Source: a virus. From it: 64,000 bases of DNA. The first letter of the stretch is position 1, and the number at the start of each line of letters is the position of its first letter. Below, piece after piece: positions 25,297 through 35,720 of this stretch. The stretch is taken from positions 82,720 through 146,719 of IMG/VR virus record IMGVR_UViG_3300020183_000012. The stretch is one strand, 5' to 3'. The notes under the pieces are model-generated. The model was not told the origin of the DNA, searched no databases, and saw only the letters and a program-made list of their open reading frames with translations. A program made the translations under genes and the position numbers.

Positions 25297-26291
25297 AGAT
25301 AGCAATAGTTACTGATACTTCCTGTAGGCAAATGAATGGCGTATCAACAAGCGTAAAAATTCTTTTTGAAGAATTAAAAGAAAAAGGCAAAAGAGCAATA
25401 GTCATCGATGCTGAAAAAATAAACGGAATAGATCTTTCAAGGTGGAGTCCAGGATTGCATTTAGCGAATCCAATAAAAGCACAAAGATACTGCTATGAAT
25501 TGCTGGATAAGTTCAAGCCAGACCATGTTCATGTTGCCACTGAAGGACCAATGGGATGCTCAGGATTAAAATGGGCATCATATAATGGCGTAAGAAGCAG
25601 TGCTTGTTCTCATACTGATTGGGAAAAAATACTTTCAAAAATGGTACCTTTGATAGGCGGACTGATTGGAAGATGGTTTACATCTAGAACTACAAAAGCA
25701 GATATACGTTTTTTTAGAAATAGCAGTGCAGCTAAAGAATGGAAATTAAAAACCGGGATGGATGGGCACGTGCTAAAAGGCGGAGTTGACAGGTGCTTTA
25801 AATATAGAAATGGCATCAGGAAAAATTCAATATTGTGGGCTGGAAGAATATCAAAAGACAAAAATCTAGAAGACGTAAGAATGGTTGCAGAGCATGGATT
25901 TAGGGTGGTGATCGCAGGAGACGGTCCAATGGTTGGATCGGATATATTGGCACATAAAAATATAGAATATCTTGGCAGATTGAGCAAATGGGCTCTTAGC
26001 GACTCAATGAATAGATACAGAGGTTTTTTATTCACAAGCAAAACAGATACTTTGGGACTTGTTTGTTTGGAATCCGCATGCTGCGGCATGCCCACAGTTG
26101 CATATGAAAATGATGCAACATCAGATAGTGTAATTAATGGGAAGACTGGGTTAAAAGGTGAAAACTTAATAGAATTAATTGAAAAATTAGAACAAATAGA
26201 TTATGCAGATTGTGCAAATTTTGCAAGCAAAGAATGGGGAACTGGAGCTATGGCCAAGTCTTTTTTAAATAGCATTGACAAAAAAAGTTAA
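25293..26291 (+). CDS. GT4-family glycosyltransferase (Agt-like)
   Basis: IVTD...QMNGV, HVATEGPMG, GRISKDKN, TDTLGLVCLES. Confidence 0.9.
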   Translation: MKIAIVTDTSCRQMNGVSTSVKILFEELKEKGKRAIVIDAEKINGIDLSRWSPGLHLANPIKAQRYCYELLDKFKPDHVHVATEGPMGCSGLKWASYNGVRSSACSHTDWEKILSKMVPLIGGLIGRWFTSRTTKADIRFFRNSSAAKEWKLKTGMDGHVLKGGVDRCFKYRNGIRKNSILWAGRISKDKNLEDVRMVAEHGFRVVIAGDGPMVGSDILAHKNIEYLGRLSKWALSDSMNRYRGFLFTSKTDTLGLVCLESACCGMPTVAYENDATSDSVINGKTGLKGENLIELIEKLEQIDYADCANFASKEWGTGAMAKSFLNSIDKKS

Positions 26292-26330
26292 AAACAAAGG
26301 TTTGTATATAATTATTAATTAAAAAACGAT

Positions 26331-26555
26331 ATGCATTGGTACAAAAAATGTTCCCAAAAAGAAGATAAAAAGACCGTTTCTGATCTTGCAAAAGATCTAA
26401 TGAAAAGGTTGTTAGCATATGGAATGACCCCTGAAGAAATAGAAAGAGCAATAAAATCTGGATACCTTGAAAGAATTATTGGTAAAAAACCACCATTATC
26501 AAATACATCTGATTCAGGATGGGATGATCCATCATTTTGGAAAGACAACAATTAA
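26331..26555 (+). CDS. hypothetical protein
   Basis: MHWYKKCSQ tag. Confidence 0.7.
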   Translation: MHWYKKCSQKEDKKTVSDLAKDLMKRLLAYGMTPEEIERAIKSGYLERIIGKKPPLSNTSDSGWDDPSFWKDNN

Positions 26556-26556
26556 T

Positions 26557-27228
26557 ATGAACTGGAAAAAAAGAGCGCAATTTTCTGGACCAGCAATTGG
26601 TGACATTGATGACATTTTGGGAAACATACATCAGACTAAAATGTATGAAGAAGATGCCAAACAAGGTACAATTAGGGGACGTAGGCCTTCCGAAGATTCT
26701 GTACCAACAGTGCAAACAGAGCCTGAATATTTATTGACCCAAAAAAGAGAGAAAGATCTTGAGAATAAAGAAACAAAAATATCAAGATATTATTCTCCTC
26801 ACATTTCAGAACAAGTTAATCATTCTGTAAATAGCGCTATTGATTCGATATTAAAACTAAGCAAAGCATTTAAACTCGGCAAGGCCATTAATGAATTAAT
26901 GGAAAATAAAAATATTATAGATAAAATAACTTTGCATTCCTACAAGATGTTAAGAGCAAAGCTTGTTTCAGGTGTTCTTAGCAATATTAATAAAAAGAAT
27001 GAATGGGCAGATAGAGAAACAGCTATAATATCTAATATAAGAGTAAAAGAATTATTATCTGTTTACGAGAATGAAGAAAAAAATATACTAGGAGTTTTTA
27101 AAGAAGTAGTAGAAGAAATTTCTTTTAAGACAAAAAAAATTGCTGAATATTCAGCGATATTTGAAATGATAGTAAAAGAATTTTTAAACAGTTTGAAATA
27201 TAATAGTTTAGATTATTCTGAAAGTTAA
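26557..27228 (+). CDS. hypothetical protein
   Basis: MNWKKRAQ tag at ATG 26557. Confidence 0.75.
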   Translation: MNWKKRAQFSGPAIGDIDDILGNIHQTKMYEEDAKQGTIRGRRPSEDSVPTVQTEPEYLLTQKREKDLENKETKISRYYSPHISEQVNHSVNSAIDSILKLSKAFKLGKAINELMENKNIIDKITLHSYKMLRAKLVSGVLSNINKKNEWADRETAIISNIRVKELLSVYENEEKNILGVFKEVVEEISFKTKKIAEYSAIFEMIVKEFLNSLKYNSLDYSES

Positions 27229-27254
27229 AACCTTACAGACAATAAAAATTAAAA

Positions 27255-27992
27255 ATGAAAGTAGCTGTTTGCGTATCTGGAAAATTTGAAAGTGCACGCG
27301 ATTTAATAATCTCCAATAATAGTATATTGAAAGACAAATTTTGTGGTGCTGATTTTTATTATGCAACATGGGATTACTATAAAGATTCTTTTTTAAACAC
27401 TTTTCCAACATATGAATGTTTTTATTTTCAAGAGCCAGAAATAGAATATCATCCATATAAAGATATTAATCCAAAAAATTATATATCTGCACGTTTTAAG
27501 GAAGCTTTTAAATATATAAAAAAGAAAAAAGACGGAAAAGGGATGGAGTGGTCATCTCATCATACAAAACAAATAATAATTCATTCTTGGCTTGCCGATT
27601 TGATAAGTGGAAAATACGACATTGTAATAAGAACAAGATTTGATGCAAGAATATGGGAAGAGGCAAATTTTGAATCATATATTAGTGATTCTTATAAAAA
27701 TAACAGGACAATAGGTTTTGCAACGACAAGACATAGTATGTTTAATAAAATATATGAGTCTACCAAGGGAGAAAAAAAAAGCACATCTGATTGGTTGCTT
27801 GATCAACTGATCATTCATCCTGCAAATTTCATAAATAGAAAAACCGTAGAAGAGCTGGACAGAAATAAAATACTTCATCCAGCTGAAATGGGATGGTATC
27901 AAGTTTTAAGTATGCCATATGGTTCAAGGCACAGAAATATGCATGGATGGGTAAATCATGATCGAAACATACCAGAAATATTTATTAAGTAA
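27255..27992 (+). CDS. glycosyltransferase-like protein
   Basis: KVAVCVSG, YDIVIRTRFD. Confidence 0.65.
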   Translation: MKVAVCVSGKFESARDLIISNNSILKDKFCGADFYYATWDYYKDSFLNTFPTYECFYFQEPEIEYHPYKDINPKNYISARFKEAFKYIKKKKDGKGMEWSSHHTKQIIIHSWLADLISGKYDIVIRTRFDARIWEEANFESYISDSYKNNRTIGFATTRHSMFNKIYESTKGEKKSTSDWLLDQLIIHPANFINRKTVEELDRNKILHPAEMGWYQVLSMPYGSRHRNMHGWVNHDRNIPEIFIK

Positions 27993-28004
27993 AAGGATTG
28001 AGTA

Positions 28005-28670
28005 ATGAAAAAAATCATAATGCAGCATTATACTGGTGAAATAAGCGGCTTAGTAAAATTATCAATAGAAAATATAAGTAAATATGCAAAGAAGGTGGGA
28101 TCAGAATATAAGCTTATAACTGGAAATGTTTTTCATTCCAATCTGAGTCCCCCGTGTCAAAAAATGCACATGCTTAATGAAATTTTTGATTCATATGATG
28201 TTGTAGTAATGATGGATACAGATATGTTTAAAACAAAAAATGTTAATTTAAGTATATTCGAAGATACTGACGGAGTTGGGATATTCACAAAAGATCAAAA
28301 AAGAGTTTTTAAAATGTTCAAAAAAATCCATCCAAATTTAGCAAATATAGAATATCCATATTTTGGAGGATGCATATGGAGAATGGATTTAAATTTGAGA
28401 CAAACATTAAGAAAACACTTAGTTGAAGATGAAATATTAAAATTTAATTGTTCATTTGAAGATGAGGCAATATTCCATAGACTTGCAACTAGAGCAGGAA
28501 TAAAAGAATGTAAAATATTAGAAGAGATGTGGGGATACGGGAGTTATTATCCTAATCTTGAAGAACAGGCCATCATACACATAAGAACAAAAATAAATCC
28601 AAATAATAAATTTTTAAAACGAACAAAAATGGAAAATTATATTGAGATTAAAAATGGGGGGATAATATAA
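28005..28670 (+). CDS. GT-A fold glycosyltransferase-like protein
   Basis: YAKKVGSEY, MMDTDM (DxD). Confidence 0.7.
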   Translation: MKKIIMQHYTGEISGLVKLSIENISKYAKKVGSEYKLITGNVFHSNLSPPCQKMHMLNEIFDSYDVVVMMDTDMFKTKNVNLSIFEDTDGVGIFTKDQKRVFKMFKKIHPNLANIEYPYFGGCIWRMDLNLRQTLRKHLVEDEILKFNCSFEDEAIFHRLATRAGIKECKILEEMWGYGSYYPNLEEQAIIHIRTKINPNNKFLKRTKMENYIEIKNGGII

Positions 28671-29464
28671 TGAAATATTTAATATATCAATACTGGGATG
28701 GAGATATAAATGAAGGTGCTAAATTTTCATCAAAACTGATGAAAGCATATGCAAAACAAATAGAATCAGATTATGTTTTTGAACTTAATCCAAAATTCAG
28801 AACTGATCTTGGTAAATATTCTCCTCACTATGGCCAATTTAAAATTGTATATGACAGCTTATTTAATAAGTATGATAAGATTTTGTTTGCAGATACCGAT
28901 GTGTTTCCAGTGGAAAATTTAAATAAAAATATTTTTGATGAATTTACATCAGATGTTGGGATGTGCACTGAACCATATCAGCCAAAAGCAAGATTAAAAA
29001 TGAAAGGAAGTATAAATTCAAAAAATGACGAAAAGTGGGCAAAAGCAATAGAAAAAAAATGGAAAGCAAAAATGCCAAGGGGAGAAGATGGATTGTTGAA
29101 GGTTTACAATTCTGGTGTTGTTCTTTATTCCCAAAAGGGGATAGAGCAAATGAGAAAAAGATTTGTAGATTTTAAAAAATATGTAAATTATATAAAGTCA
29201 TGTGACTTGCCAGTTTTTTATACATGTGACCAGCCATATTTGCATGCTATGCTAAAAGTTTGCGAATTAAATTATCAAGAAATGGAAAATGGATGGAATA
29301 GTTATATACATTATATTTTAGATGAAAATCAAAACAAAAAAATAAATGACACTCGTAATAAAAATACAAAGTTTGTGCACATTCAACTTAGAGGAGCAGA
29401 CAATTTTAGCGAAGATGTTTTATGGAGAATAACAAATAGATCTATAGCGGAGTGGGGAATATGA
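28670..29464 (+). CDS. GT-A fold glycosyltransferase (GT34/GT8-like)
   Basis: FADTDV, YNSGVV, DQPYL, WN. Confidence 0.75.
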   Translation: MKYLIYQYWDGDINEGAKFSSKLMKAYAKQIESDYVFELNPKFRTDLGKYSPHYGQFKIVYDSLFNKYDKILFADTDVFPVENLNKNIFDEFTSDVGMCTEPYQPKARLKMKGSINSKNDEKWAKAIEKKWKAKMPRGEDGLLKVYNSGVVLYSQKGIEQMRKRFVDFKKYVNYIKSCDLPVFYTCDQPYLHAMLKVCELNYQEMENGWNSYIHYILDENQNKKINDTRNKNTKFVHIQLRGADNFSEDVLWRITNRSIAEWGI

Positions 29465-29558
29465 TTGACTCCAAATAAACAAGAGTGTATAGAATATCTA
29501 AATAAATTAAATTATATTCAGTTTGATAAAACTGATGTAGACTATTATTTTTTAAAGT

Positions 29559-30248
29559 CTAATTGATATTTTTACTAAGAGCAATTATACATCTTTGTAT
29601 TGTGTCTTTTTTTTCTTCTTCTGAAAATTCTACTCGTATTTTTTGTAAAAACATCATAGAGTCCTCACCCATTAGTTCAAGTATGACATGTTCGTAAAAG
29701 TTTCTATAGGAACCCGAGTATCCATCATGTATTTTTCTATGATCTATGCCAAGTTGTTTCTCAAGATCACATAAATCAGACCACCATTCATCTATATCTT
29801 TTTTTGACAAAGTTCTACCATCAACTGTTTTTATCAGACTGCATTGATTTCTTGTGTTTGGATATATCACTTTTAGTCTTTCATATCTGGGCTTAAACTC
29901 TTCTTCTGGTATTATCCCATATATTCTGCAGTTATATGGGCGTTTATCGTGTATGGTGCATTTGTTTTCTTTAGATAGAAATATGCATGGGTTGTCTTGT
30001 GAATTAAAAACATATGATGTCAGTGCTTTTTCAACAAGGTTTATAAAGGACTCTTTGCTCCAATTATTTGTTATAAAATTCCATATTAATTTAAATTCAA
30101 CATTAAGTAAATTAGGCTGCTGTTTGGAGCAGCACCATGATGAACAGCCACCCTCATTTTCTGGCTTTAATATCCAATCCATGCAGCCTGTAGTTTCAGG
30201 TATTTTGTTATACAGTAAAGACAGATCTTCAAATATTTTTTTACTCAT
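29559..30248 (-). CDS. YkgJ-family cysteine-cluster protein
   Basis: C...CxxxCC, CIFL....CTIHxxRPxxCRxYG. Confidence 0.85.
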   Translation of the reverse strand: MSKKIFEDLSLLYNKIPETTGCMDWILKPENEGGCSSWCCSKQQPNLLNVEFKLIWNFITNNWSKESFINLVEKALTSYVFNSQDNPCIFLSKENKCTIHDKRPYNCRIYGIIPEEEFKPRYERLKVIYPNTRNQCSLIKTVDGRTLSKKDIDEWWSDLCDLEKQLGIDHRKIHDGYSGSYRNFYEHVILELMGEDSMMFLQKIRVEFSEEEKKDTIQRCIIALSKNIN

Positions 30249-30322
30249 ATATAATTTTCGACATCATTGACAAATGATTATTTTATTAAAAAATATAATA
30301 TGTCAATAGGATGTAAATAAAA

Positions 30323-31918
30323 ATGAAAAATTGGTATAAACACATTAAAATATCTGAAACAAATACTGAAGAAGACAAACACATAACTCTTACTTCAAAT
30401 GAAGAAAATATTTTTAACATAATAAGATCTGCACGTAGCAAATACGCGAGTGATGTATCTCTTAGGGTTGCTGGAGGATGGGTTAGGGACAGGTTGCTAG
30501 GCAATATGTCTGATGACATAGATATAGCAGTTAGCGGAGGAAATGGCATAGTAATAGCAGAAGCAGTAAGAAAATTTGATCTTGATATGACTGGCGGAAA
30601 AAGAACAGATGATCCTTATTCTGTAAGTCTAGAAAAATCAAATAAAGGCTTAAAGGAAAAAAGTGCAGGCTTGCAGGTTGGTGGTATCAATATACTCGGT
30701 ATGAAAATTGAATTTGTTCCAATGAGAACAGAAGTGTATTCTGAAGAAAGTAGAATTCCCTTAATAAGAGCAACTGACAGCCCATCTGAAGACGCAAAAA
30801 GAAGAGATCTTACAATAAATTCTCTATACTACAATCTAGATACAAGAGAAGTAGAAGATTACACTGGGGGATTTGATGATCTTAAAAGCAAGGTACTGAA
30901 AACACCAATAAGCCCACTAGAGACATTAATAGAAGATCCGCTGAGAGCGCTTAGGGCGATAAGATTTGTATCTAAAATGCCTGGTTTTAAACTTGATGAT
31001 TCTTTGCTTTCTGCTCTATCAATGAAAGAATTACACGATGCATACAGAAAAAAAGTTTCACCAGAAAGAGCAAAAGTAGAGATAGAAAAAATAATAAAGG
31101 GAGAAAGACCGTCAGATTCTATTAGATTGCTTTTGCAAAGCGGACTTTATTTACCCGTTTTTTCAAGTGAAAGACTTGACTCATTTAAGCCAATAACCAT
31201 GGATCAAAACACCAAGCACCATAAATTAAACTTACTTAACCACACAATTTTAGTTGTTGAAAATCTTGATAGGATCATGAGAGAAAATGGATTCTCTGAT
31301 AGAGAAAGATATCTTGCAGTACTTGCTGCTCTTTTTCATGATTTTGGCAAAATGGATCCTTCAATAGAAAAACCAAGTAAAAAAGACCCATCTCAATCAA
31401 GCTATCATGGACATGAAAATGTTTCAGCAGAGATTGCCGAAGAAATACTTAAAAGACTTGGTTTTGGCGCGGACAGAAATATAGTAAAGTCAATAGTAGA
31501 GAGCCACATGATACCGCACTCTTTTATTGATTTGAGCAACAAGTCAATCGGAAATTTTATTAGAAGATTTGAAAGTTTGCCTATTGATGATGAAATAAAA
31601 GAGTCTCTTTGGAAACTTGTGTTTGTCCATTCAATTGCAGATACTATGGGCAAGGGAAAAATAGATGAAAAAGAACTTGAAGAAATAGAGCAAAAGAAAA
31701 AATCTATAAGTAAAATAGAAGAGTTCTTAAAAGAAAGAGAAAAAGTGGGCAAAAAACCTATTTTAAATGGCAATCAAATAATGAAATTGTTTCCAATGAA
31801 AGATCCTAAAAGTCGATACATAGCAGATATGCAAAAAACACTTTTAGAAGCACAGGACAATGGATCTGTAACTAACGAAGAGCAAGCAAAAGAATATTTA
31901 CTTGAATTGTTTAATTAA
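30323..31918 (+). CDS. cca: CCA-adding tRNA nucleotidyltransferase with HD domain
   Basis: AGGWVRDRLLG..DDIDIA, RTEVY..SRIP, DAKRRDLTINS, EDPLRALRAIRF, HDFGK. Confidence 0.9.
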   Translation: MKNWYKHIKISETNTEEDKHITLTSNEENIFNIIRSARSKYASDVSLRVAGGWVRDRLLGNMSDDIDIAVSGGNGIVIAEAVRKFDLDMTGGKRTDDPYSVSLEKSNKGLKEKSAGLQVGGINILGMKIEFVPMRTEVYSEESRIPLIRATDSPSEDAKRRDLTINSLYYNLDTREVEDYTGGFDDLKSKVLKTPISPLETLIEDPLRALRAIRFVSKMPGFKLDDSLLSALSMKELHDAYRKKVSPERAKVEIEKIIKGERPSDSIRLLLQSGLYLPVFSSERLDSFKPITMDQNTKHHKLNLLNHTILVVENLDRIMRENGFSDRERYLAVLAALFHDFGKMDPSIEKPSKKDPSQSSYHGHENVSAEIAEEILKRLGFGADRNIVKSIVESHMIPHSFIDLSNKSIGNFIRRFESLPIDDEIKESLWKLVFVHSIADTMGKGKIDEKELEEIEQKKKSISKIEEFLKEREKVGKKPILNGNQIMKLFPMKDPKSRYIADMQKTLLEAQDNGSVTNEEQAKEYLLELFN

Positions 31919-31928
31919 TGTAAAAAAT

Positions 31929-32612
31929 ATGAGATGTCCATCTGTTTTTATAGTTTCTCAAGGAGGGTGTGGATCCTCAGTTTTTTTTGATCAACTTGGA
32001 TATGGATCAAAATGTGAGCGTGTAACTGGCTGTGTATGTGTAAAAAAACATGTAAAGTCTTCATTCTTAAAAAAAATGAAGTTCCCAAAAAATACTAAAA
32101 TTTTATACATATATGGAAACCCATATGATCAAATCATATCATTGTCAAGAAGAAATTTGATACCGCTTTTAATATATGAATATGAAAATTCATGTAATGA
32201 AAAATACATAAACGCGTTTAGTAATTCTAGTTTTTTAAAATGGGTTAACTATGAATTAAAAAATGCTACAAAAAAAAATGACGAAGACCTTACGGCTGAA
32301 TATCTATCTAGATACACAGAAGACAATAATGTACTTTTGGACTTTAAGGAGCACTATATGTCTTGGAGAAAAGTACCAATTAAAAATGTTTCTGTGAGGC
32401 TTATAAAATATGATGAAATATTAAAATCTGGAAAAGAAAAAATATGCTCATGGCTTAAAAGAGATTTTCATTTTGAACCTAAAAAAAGAAATTCAAACTA
32501 TATAAATTTCAAAAACAACCATCCTGATTTGTTTAAAAAAATAGAAAATAAATATAAAAATTGGTTCAATATATATGAAAAATTACCATTAGTTGAAGAC
32601 ATAATATGGTAG
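31929..32612 (+). CDS. sulfotransferase-like hypothetical protein
   Basis: SQGGCGSS loop, ILYIYGNPYD..IS, IKYDE. Confidence 0.55.
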   Translation: MRCPSVFIVSQGGCGSSVFFDQLGYGSKCERVTGCVCVKKHVKSSFLKKMKFPKNTKILYIYGNPYDQIISLSRRNLIPLLIYEYENSCNEKYINAFSNSSFLKWVNYELKNATKKNDEDLTAEYLSRYTEDNNVLLDFKEHYMSWRKVPIKNVSVRLIKYDEILKSGKEKICSWLKRDFHFEPKKRNSNYINFKNNHPDLFKKIENKYKNWFNIYEKLPLVEDIIW

Positions 32613-32736
32613 ATGAATGAAAAACCGCAAACAGTATAAATTAAATTTATACCAAGTTGGGGGTAAATTAAGAAAAGGTCTGGTAACAATTGTACGGTAA
32701 TAGATATCGTATATTTATAAATTAAGGAAATTTAAA

Positions 32737-33255
32737 ATGAAAAATTGGTTTTTGAAGTCAGCAGAATCTGGAGATGAAAAATTAAAGTCTTTTGTTGAAA
32801 GCGTAGAGTTTAAGACAACAAAAAAGAAGCCACTTAATTATGTTTTTTATCAAATAATTAATGGAGACGTAAGTAAAATGCCAGCTTTGAGCTATGGAGT
32901 AAACGACAAAGATCAGAATCTTATAGTTACTCAATTTCCGGACGAAGGTGAGGAAGAAACACAAAATATGGCAAAGAATGGAGATATAATCGTATCCGGG
33001 CCTGCGCATGAAAAATATGTAGTAAAACAAGAAAAATTTAAAAAGAACTATTCTGGAGAGATTGGTGAAAGCGTTTCTCCTGAGCAGTCTACCAGGATGG
33101 CTGCAAAGTATACAGGACAAGAAGAAATAATGTTTACTGCTTCATGGGGAGAAAAAATGAGGCTTAAACCTGGAGACTACATAATAAAAGAAGATGAAAA
33201 CAAATACTATAGAGTTAGACGTAAAATGTTTGAGTTGACATACGAGCCAGTGTAA
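32737..33255 (+). CDS. PGDYG-like phage protein
   Basis: GDIIVSGP..EKY, ASWGE...KPGDYII, FELTY; MKNWFLKSAE tag. Confidence 0.7.
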   Translation: MKNWFLKSAESGDEKLKSFVESVEFKTTKKKPLNYVFYQIINGDVSKMPALSYGVNDKDQNLIVTQFPDEGEEETQNMAKNGDIIVSGPAHEKYVVKQEKFKKNYSGEIGESVSPEQSTRMAAKYTGQEEIMFTASWGEKMRLKPGDYIIKEDENKYYRVRRKMFELTYEPV

Positions 33256-33271
33256 ATGGTATAAATATGTT

Positions 33272-33904
33272 ATGAAAAAACCATTCAATCTACATAGATT
33301 TGCGTCAAATAAAATACCAGCGACAAAAGCCAGTATTCTTGTTGACAATTTGAGAAACACGTATGTCGCTAAAATAATTAAAAATAAAAAAATAGATAAA
33401 AATCTATATATAGATTTAAATAAAAAAAATTTATATGTAATAGCTGAACTTAATAGTATATTTAATCATTCTAGGTATAAAAATTTAAGCATGATGGTTT
33501 ATTTACTTCAATCATCGATGCCGATTCAAAATATTCCAGTTGGAATAATTATTGATTATTTGTTACACAATCCAATGGCACTATTAGAAGCAATAGGAAA
33601 TGCATATTCATACAAAAACTTTACACATCCAGATCGGTTTACAGCACCTTATACGAATAATATTAAAACAAAAAATAAAACCGACTTTAAAAATATATTA
33701 GAAATTTTACCATTAGATTGGATTAATTTAGTACTGTTAAAAGGCACAAACATAATAGAAGTTGTAAAAATTATGTGTGAAATAAATTTTGATTTTTCAA
33801 AAGTCAATAAAGAATCTATTAGGGCATTAAGATTGAACAAAAGAATTTTAAATAGTATCGATGATTGTCCTAATCTTAAAGGTTTTTTAGCCAGTAAAAA
33901 GTAA
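33272..33904 (+). CDS. hypothetical protein
   Basis: long ORF; PFNLHRFAS tag variant. Confidence 0.7.
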   Translation: MKKPFNLHRFASNKIPATKASILVDNLRNTYVAKIIKNKKIDKNLYIDLNKKNLYVIAELNSIFNHSRYKNLSMMVYLLQSSMPIQNIPVGIIIDYLLHNPMALLEAIGNAYSYKNFTHPDRFTAPYTNNIKTKNKTDFKNILEILPLDWINLVLLKGTNIIEVVKIMCEINFDFSKVNKESIRALRLNKRILNSIDDCPNLKGFLASKK

Positions 33905-33915
33905 TATTTTATATT

Positions 33916-34143
33916 ATGAATACATTATTAATAAAATTAAAGTCTTATGTATGTGCGTTTTTTTCTTTTATATCTTCTGAATTAAATATAATTGATAGCC
34001 AGGTAAAGCAAAAACAAGAACCTAAAAAGTCTACAAGAAAAACCGGATCTGAATCTGAAAGGCTTTCATATTCTCAAAAAAATAAAATAGAAAGTTACTT
34101 AAAAAATAATTCAAAGTCTAAATCAATAAAGAAGAATAAGTAG
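33916..34143 (+). CDS. hypothetical protein
   Basis: short ORF downstream of AGG-N18-GTAAT motif. Confidence 0.55.
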   Translation: MNTLLIKLKSYVCAFFSFISSELNIIDSQVKQKQEPKKSTRKTGSESERLSYSQKNKIESYLKNNSKSKSIKKNK

Positions 34144-34148
34144 CATAC

Positions 34149-34406
34149 TCATCTTCTTTTCTTTTTGCATTCAGATTGAGGAATAAGAAAAATTGGGAAT
34201 GTGGCAATAGACATAAATATTAACATTGCTATAAAGCTTGAAATCTGTTCGTCAACCATTATATACTCTTTCAGTATATGGCCAAATATTGAAGAAACAG
34301 GAAGAGATGGCAACATAAAAACAGCACAACACAACCACGGTATAAAGTTGGCGCAAACAGTTTTACCAGTTCTTTCCAGTATTATCTTAATTTTATTATA
34401 ATCCAT
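34149..34406 (-). CDS. small membrane protein
   Basis: AAAGGAG RBS; two hydrophobic segments. Confidence 0.7.
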   Translation of the reverse strand: MDYNKIKIILERTGKTVCANFIPWLCCAVFMLPSLPVSSIFGHILKEYIMVDEQISSFIAMLIFMSIATFPIFLIPQSECKKKRR

Positions 34407-34486
34407 TGTTTTCTCCTTTGTATATTTAATTATTATATTAATATAAAAATTACCCTCCTAAAAGTACGATATAAAATAATTGATTT

Positions 34487-35203
34487 ATGAAGTACTTGGT
34501 ATACACTGTATCTGATTTTACTGATTACGCAGAAGAGTGCATAGCATATCTTTATGAAAGCATAATAAACAATAATGATGCGTCGATTTTTGATTTTTGT
34601 ATAGTTTCAAATAATAAAAATTTAAAGTCTAATTTTGATATAATATTTGATGATAATAATAGTAGCTATATAGGGTGGTCAAAGTACACAAAAAAATTAC
34701 CAAACGGATATGATGGCTATCTATATTTAGATAGTGATATATTATTTAATGAAAAAATTAAAAACATGTTTGGGCAATATGATAATTCAGTTGTATGTGA
34801 AAGTCAACAGATGGCATCTCCATGGTTTATGTTTAGTTTATCAAGCGAAGAAGAAAAAAAAGAAATGTCAAAAATAAATGGATTTAATGCTGGGACTTTT
34901 GCTTTCAAAAAAAAAGATGTTTTGATAGAGATAAGTAACATATGTGATAGAATAAAAAATAAAAATTTTAATACGATACAGCAGGCCTGTACTGAGCAAA
35001 CATGTTTTAACTATTGGATTTTTAATTGTTTAAAGAAAAAAATACTTTTTAACAACTTGACAAGAATGGTTCAATTGCATGTTACTGAAAAGCAAGAAAA
35101 TAAAAGCGTTTTTCATTTTTGCGGATTTACGGGTAATATGAAAGACAAATATGAAAGAATGAAAAAATTTATAGAAAGGTATGAAAAAAATGGATCGAGA
35201 TAA
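34487..35203 (+). CDS. GT-A fold glycosyltransferase-like protein
   Basis: YLDSDI, FNAGTF, EQTCFN, HFCG. Confidence 0.75.
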   Translation: MKYLVYTVSDFTDYAEECIAYLYESIINNNDASIFDFCIVSNNKNLKSNFDIIFDDNNSSYIGWSKYTKKLPNGYDGYLYLDSDILFNEKIKNMFGQYDNSVVCESQQMASPWFMFSLSSEEEKKEMSKINGFNAGTFAFKKKDVLIEISNICDRIKNKNFNTIQQACTEQTCFNYWIFNCLKKKILFNNLTRMVQLHVTEKQENKSVFHFCGFTGNMKDKYERMKKFIERYEKNGSR

Positions 35204-35717
35204 AATGATATCGCTTTTACCTAAAAATCTAGTTTGGGTTGAACTTGGAGTTTTTGAGGGGGAATTTTCTAAAAAAATATTCGAACTAACACAGCCAAAA
35301 GAACTTCATCTTGTTGACATATTTCCAAAATCTATGGTGTCTGGAGATAAAGACGGGAAAAACAGAAAAACGCTAGACTTAAGAAATATTCCAAGTGAAC
35401 TTAAAGATTATTTTAGGGGCAAAAATGTTCATATACACAAATGCACAACAACGGAATTTTTAGAAAAAGCAATAGAAACTTCTATGCATATAGATGCAGT
35501 GTATATAGACGCTGATCATTCTTATGGAGCTGTTGCTTCTGATTTAAAAAGAAGCTTTCAGGCCTTAAAAAAAGGTGGATACATATGTGGGCACGACTAT
35601 AATCCTCAAAGATTTCCAGGAGTAGTAAAAGCAGTTAATGAATTTTGTGCAAAAAGAAATCTAAAGATAGAGACAAAGACAGAAGATCTGCTACCTTCTT
35701 ATCTTATAAAGTTATAA
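35181..35717 (+). CDS. SAM-dependent methyltransferase (Methyltransf_24-like)
   Basis: ELGVFEGEFS, YIDADHSY, GGYICGHDY. Confidence 0.9.
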   Translation: MKKMDRDKMISLLPKNLVWVELGVFEGEFSKKIFELTQPKELHLVDIFPKSMVSGDKDGKNRKTLDLRNIPSELKDYFRGKNVHIHKCTTTEFLEKAIETSMHIDAVYIDADHSYGAVASDLKRSFQALKKGGYICGHDYNPQRFPGVVKAVNEFCAKRNLKIETKTEDLLPSYLIKL

Positions 35718-35720
35718 AAA

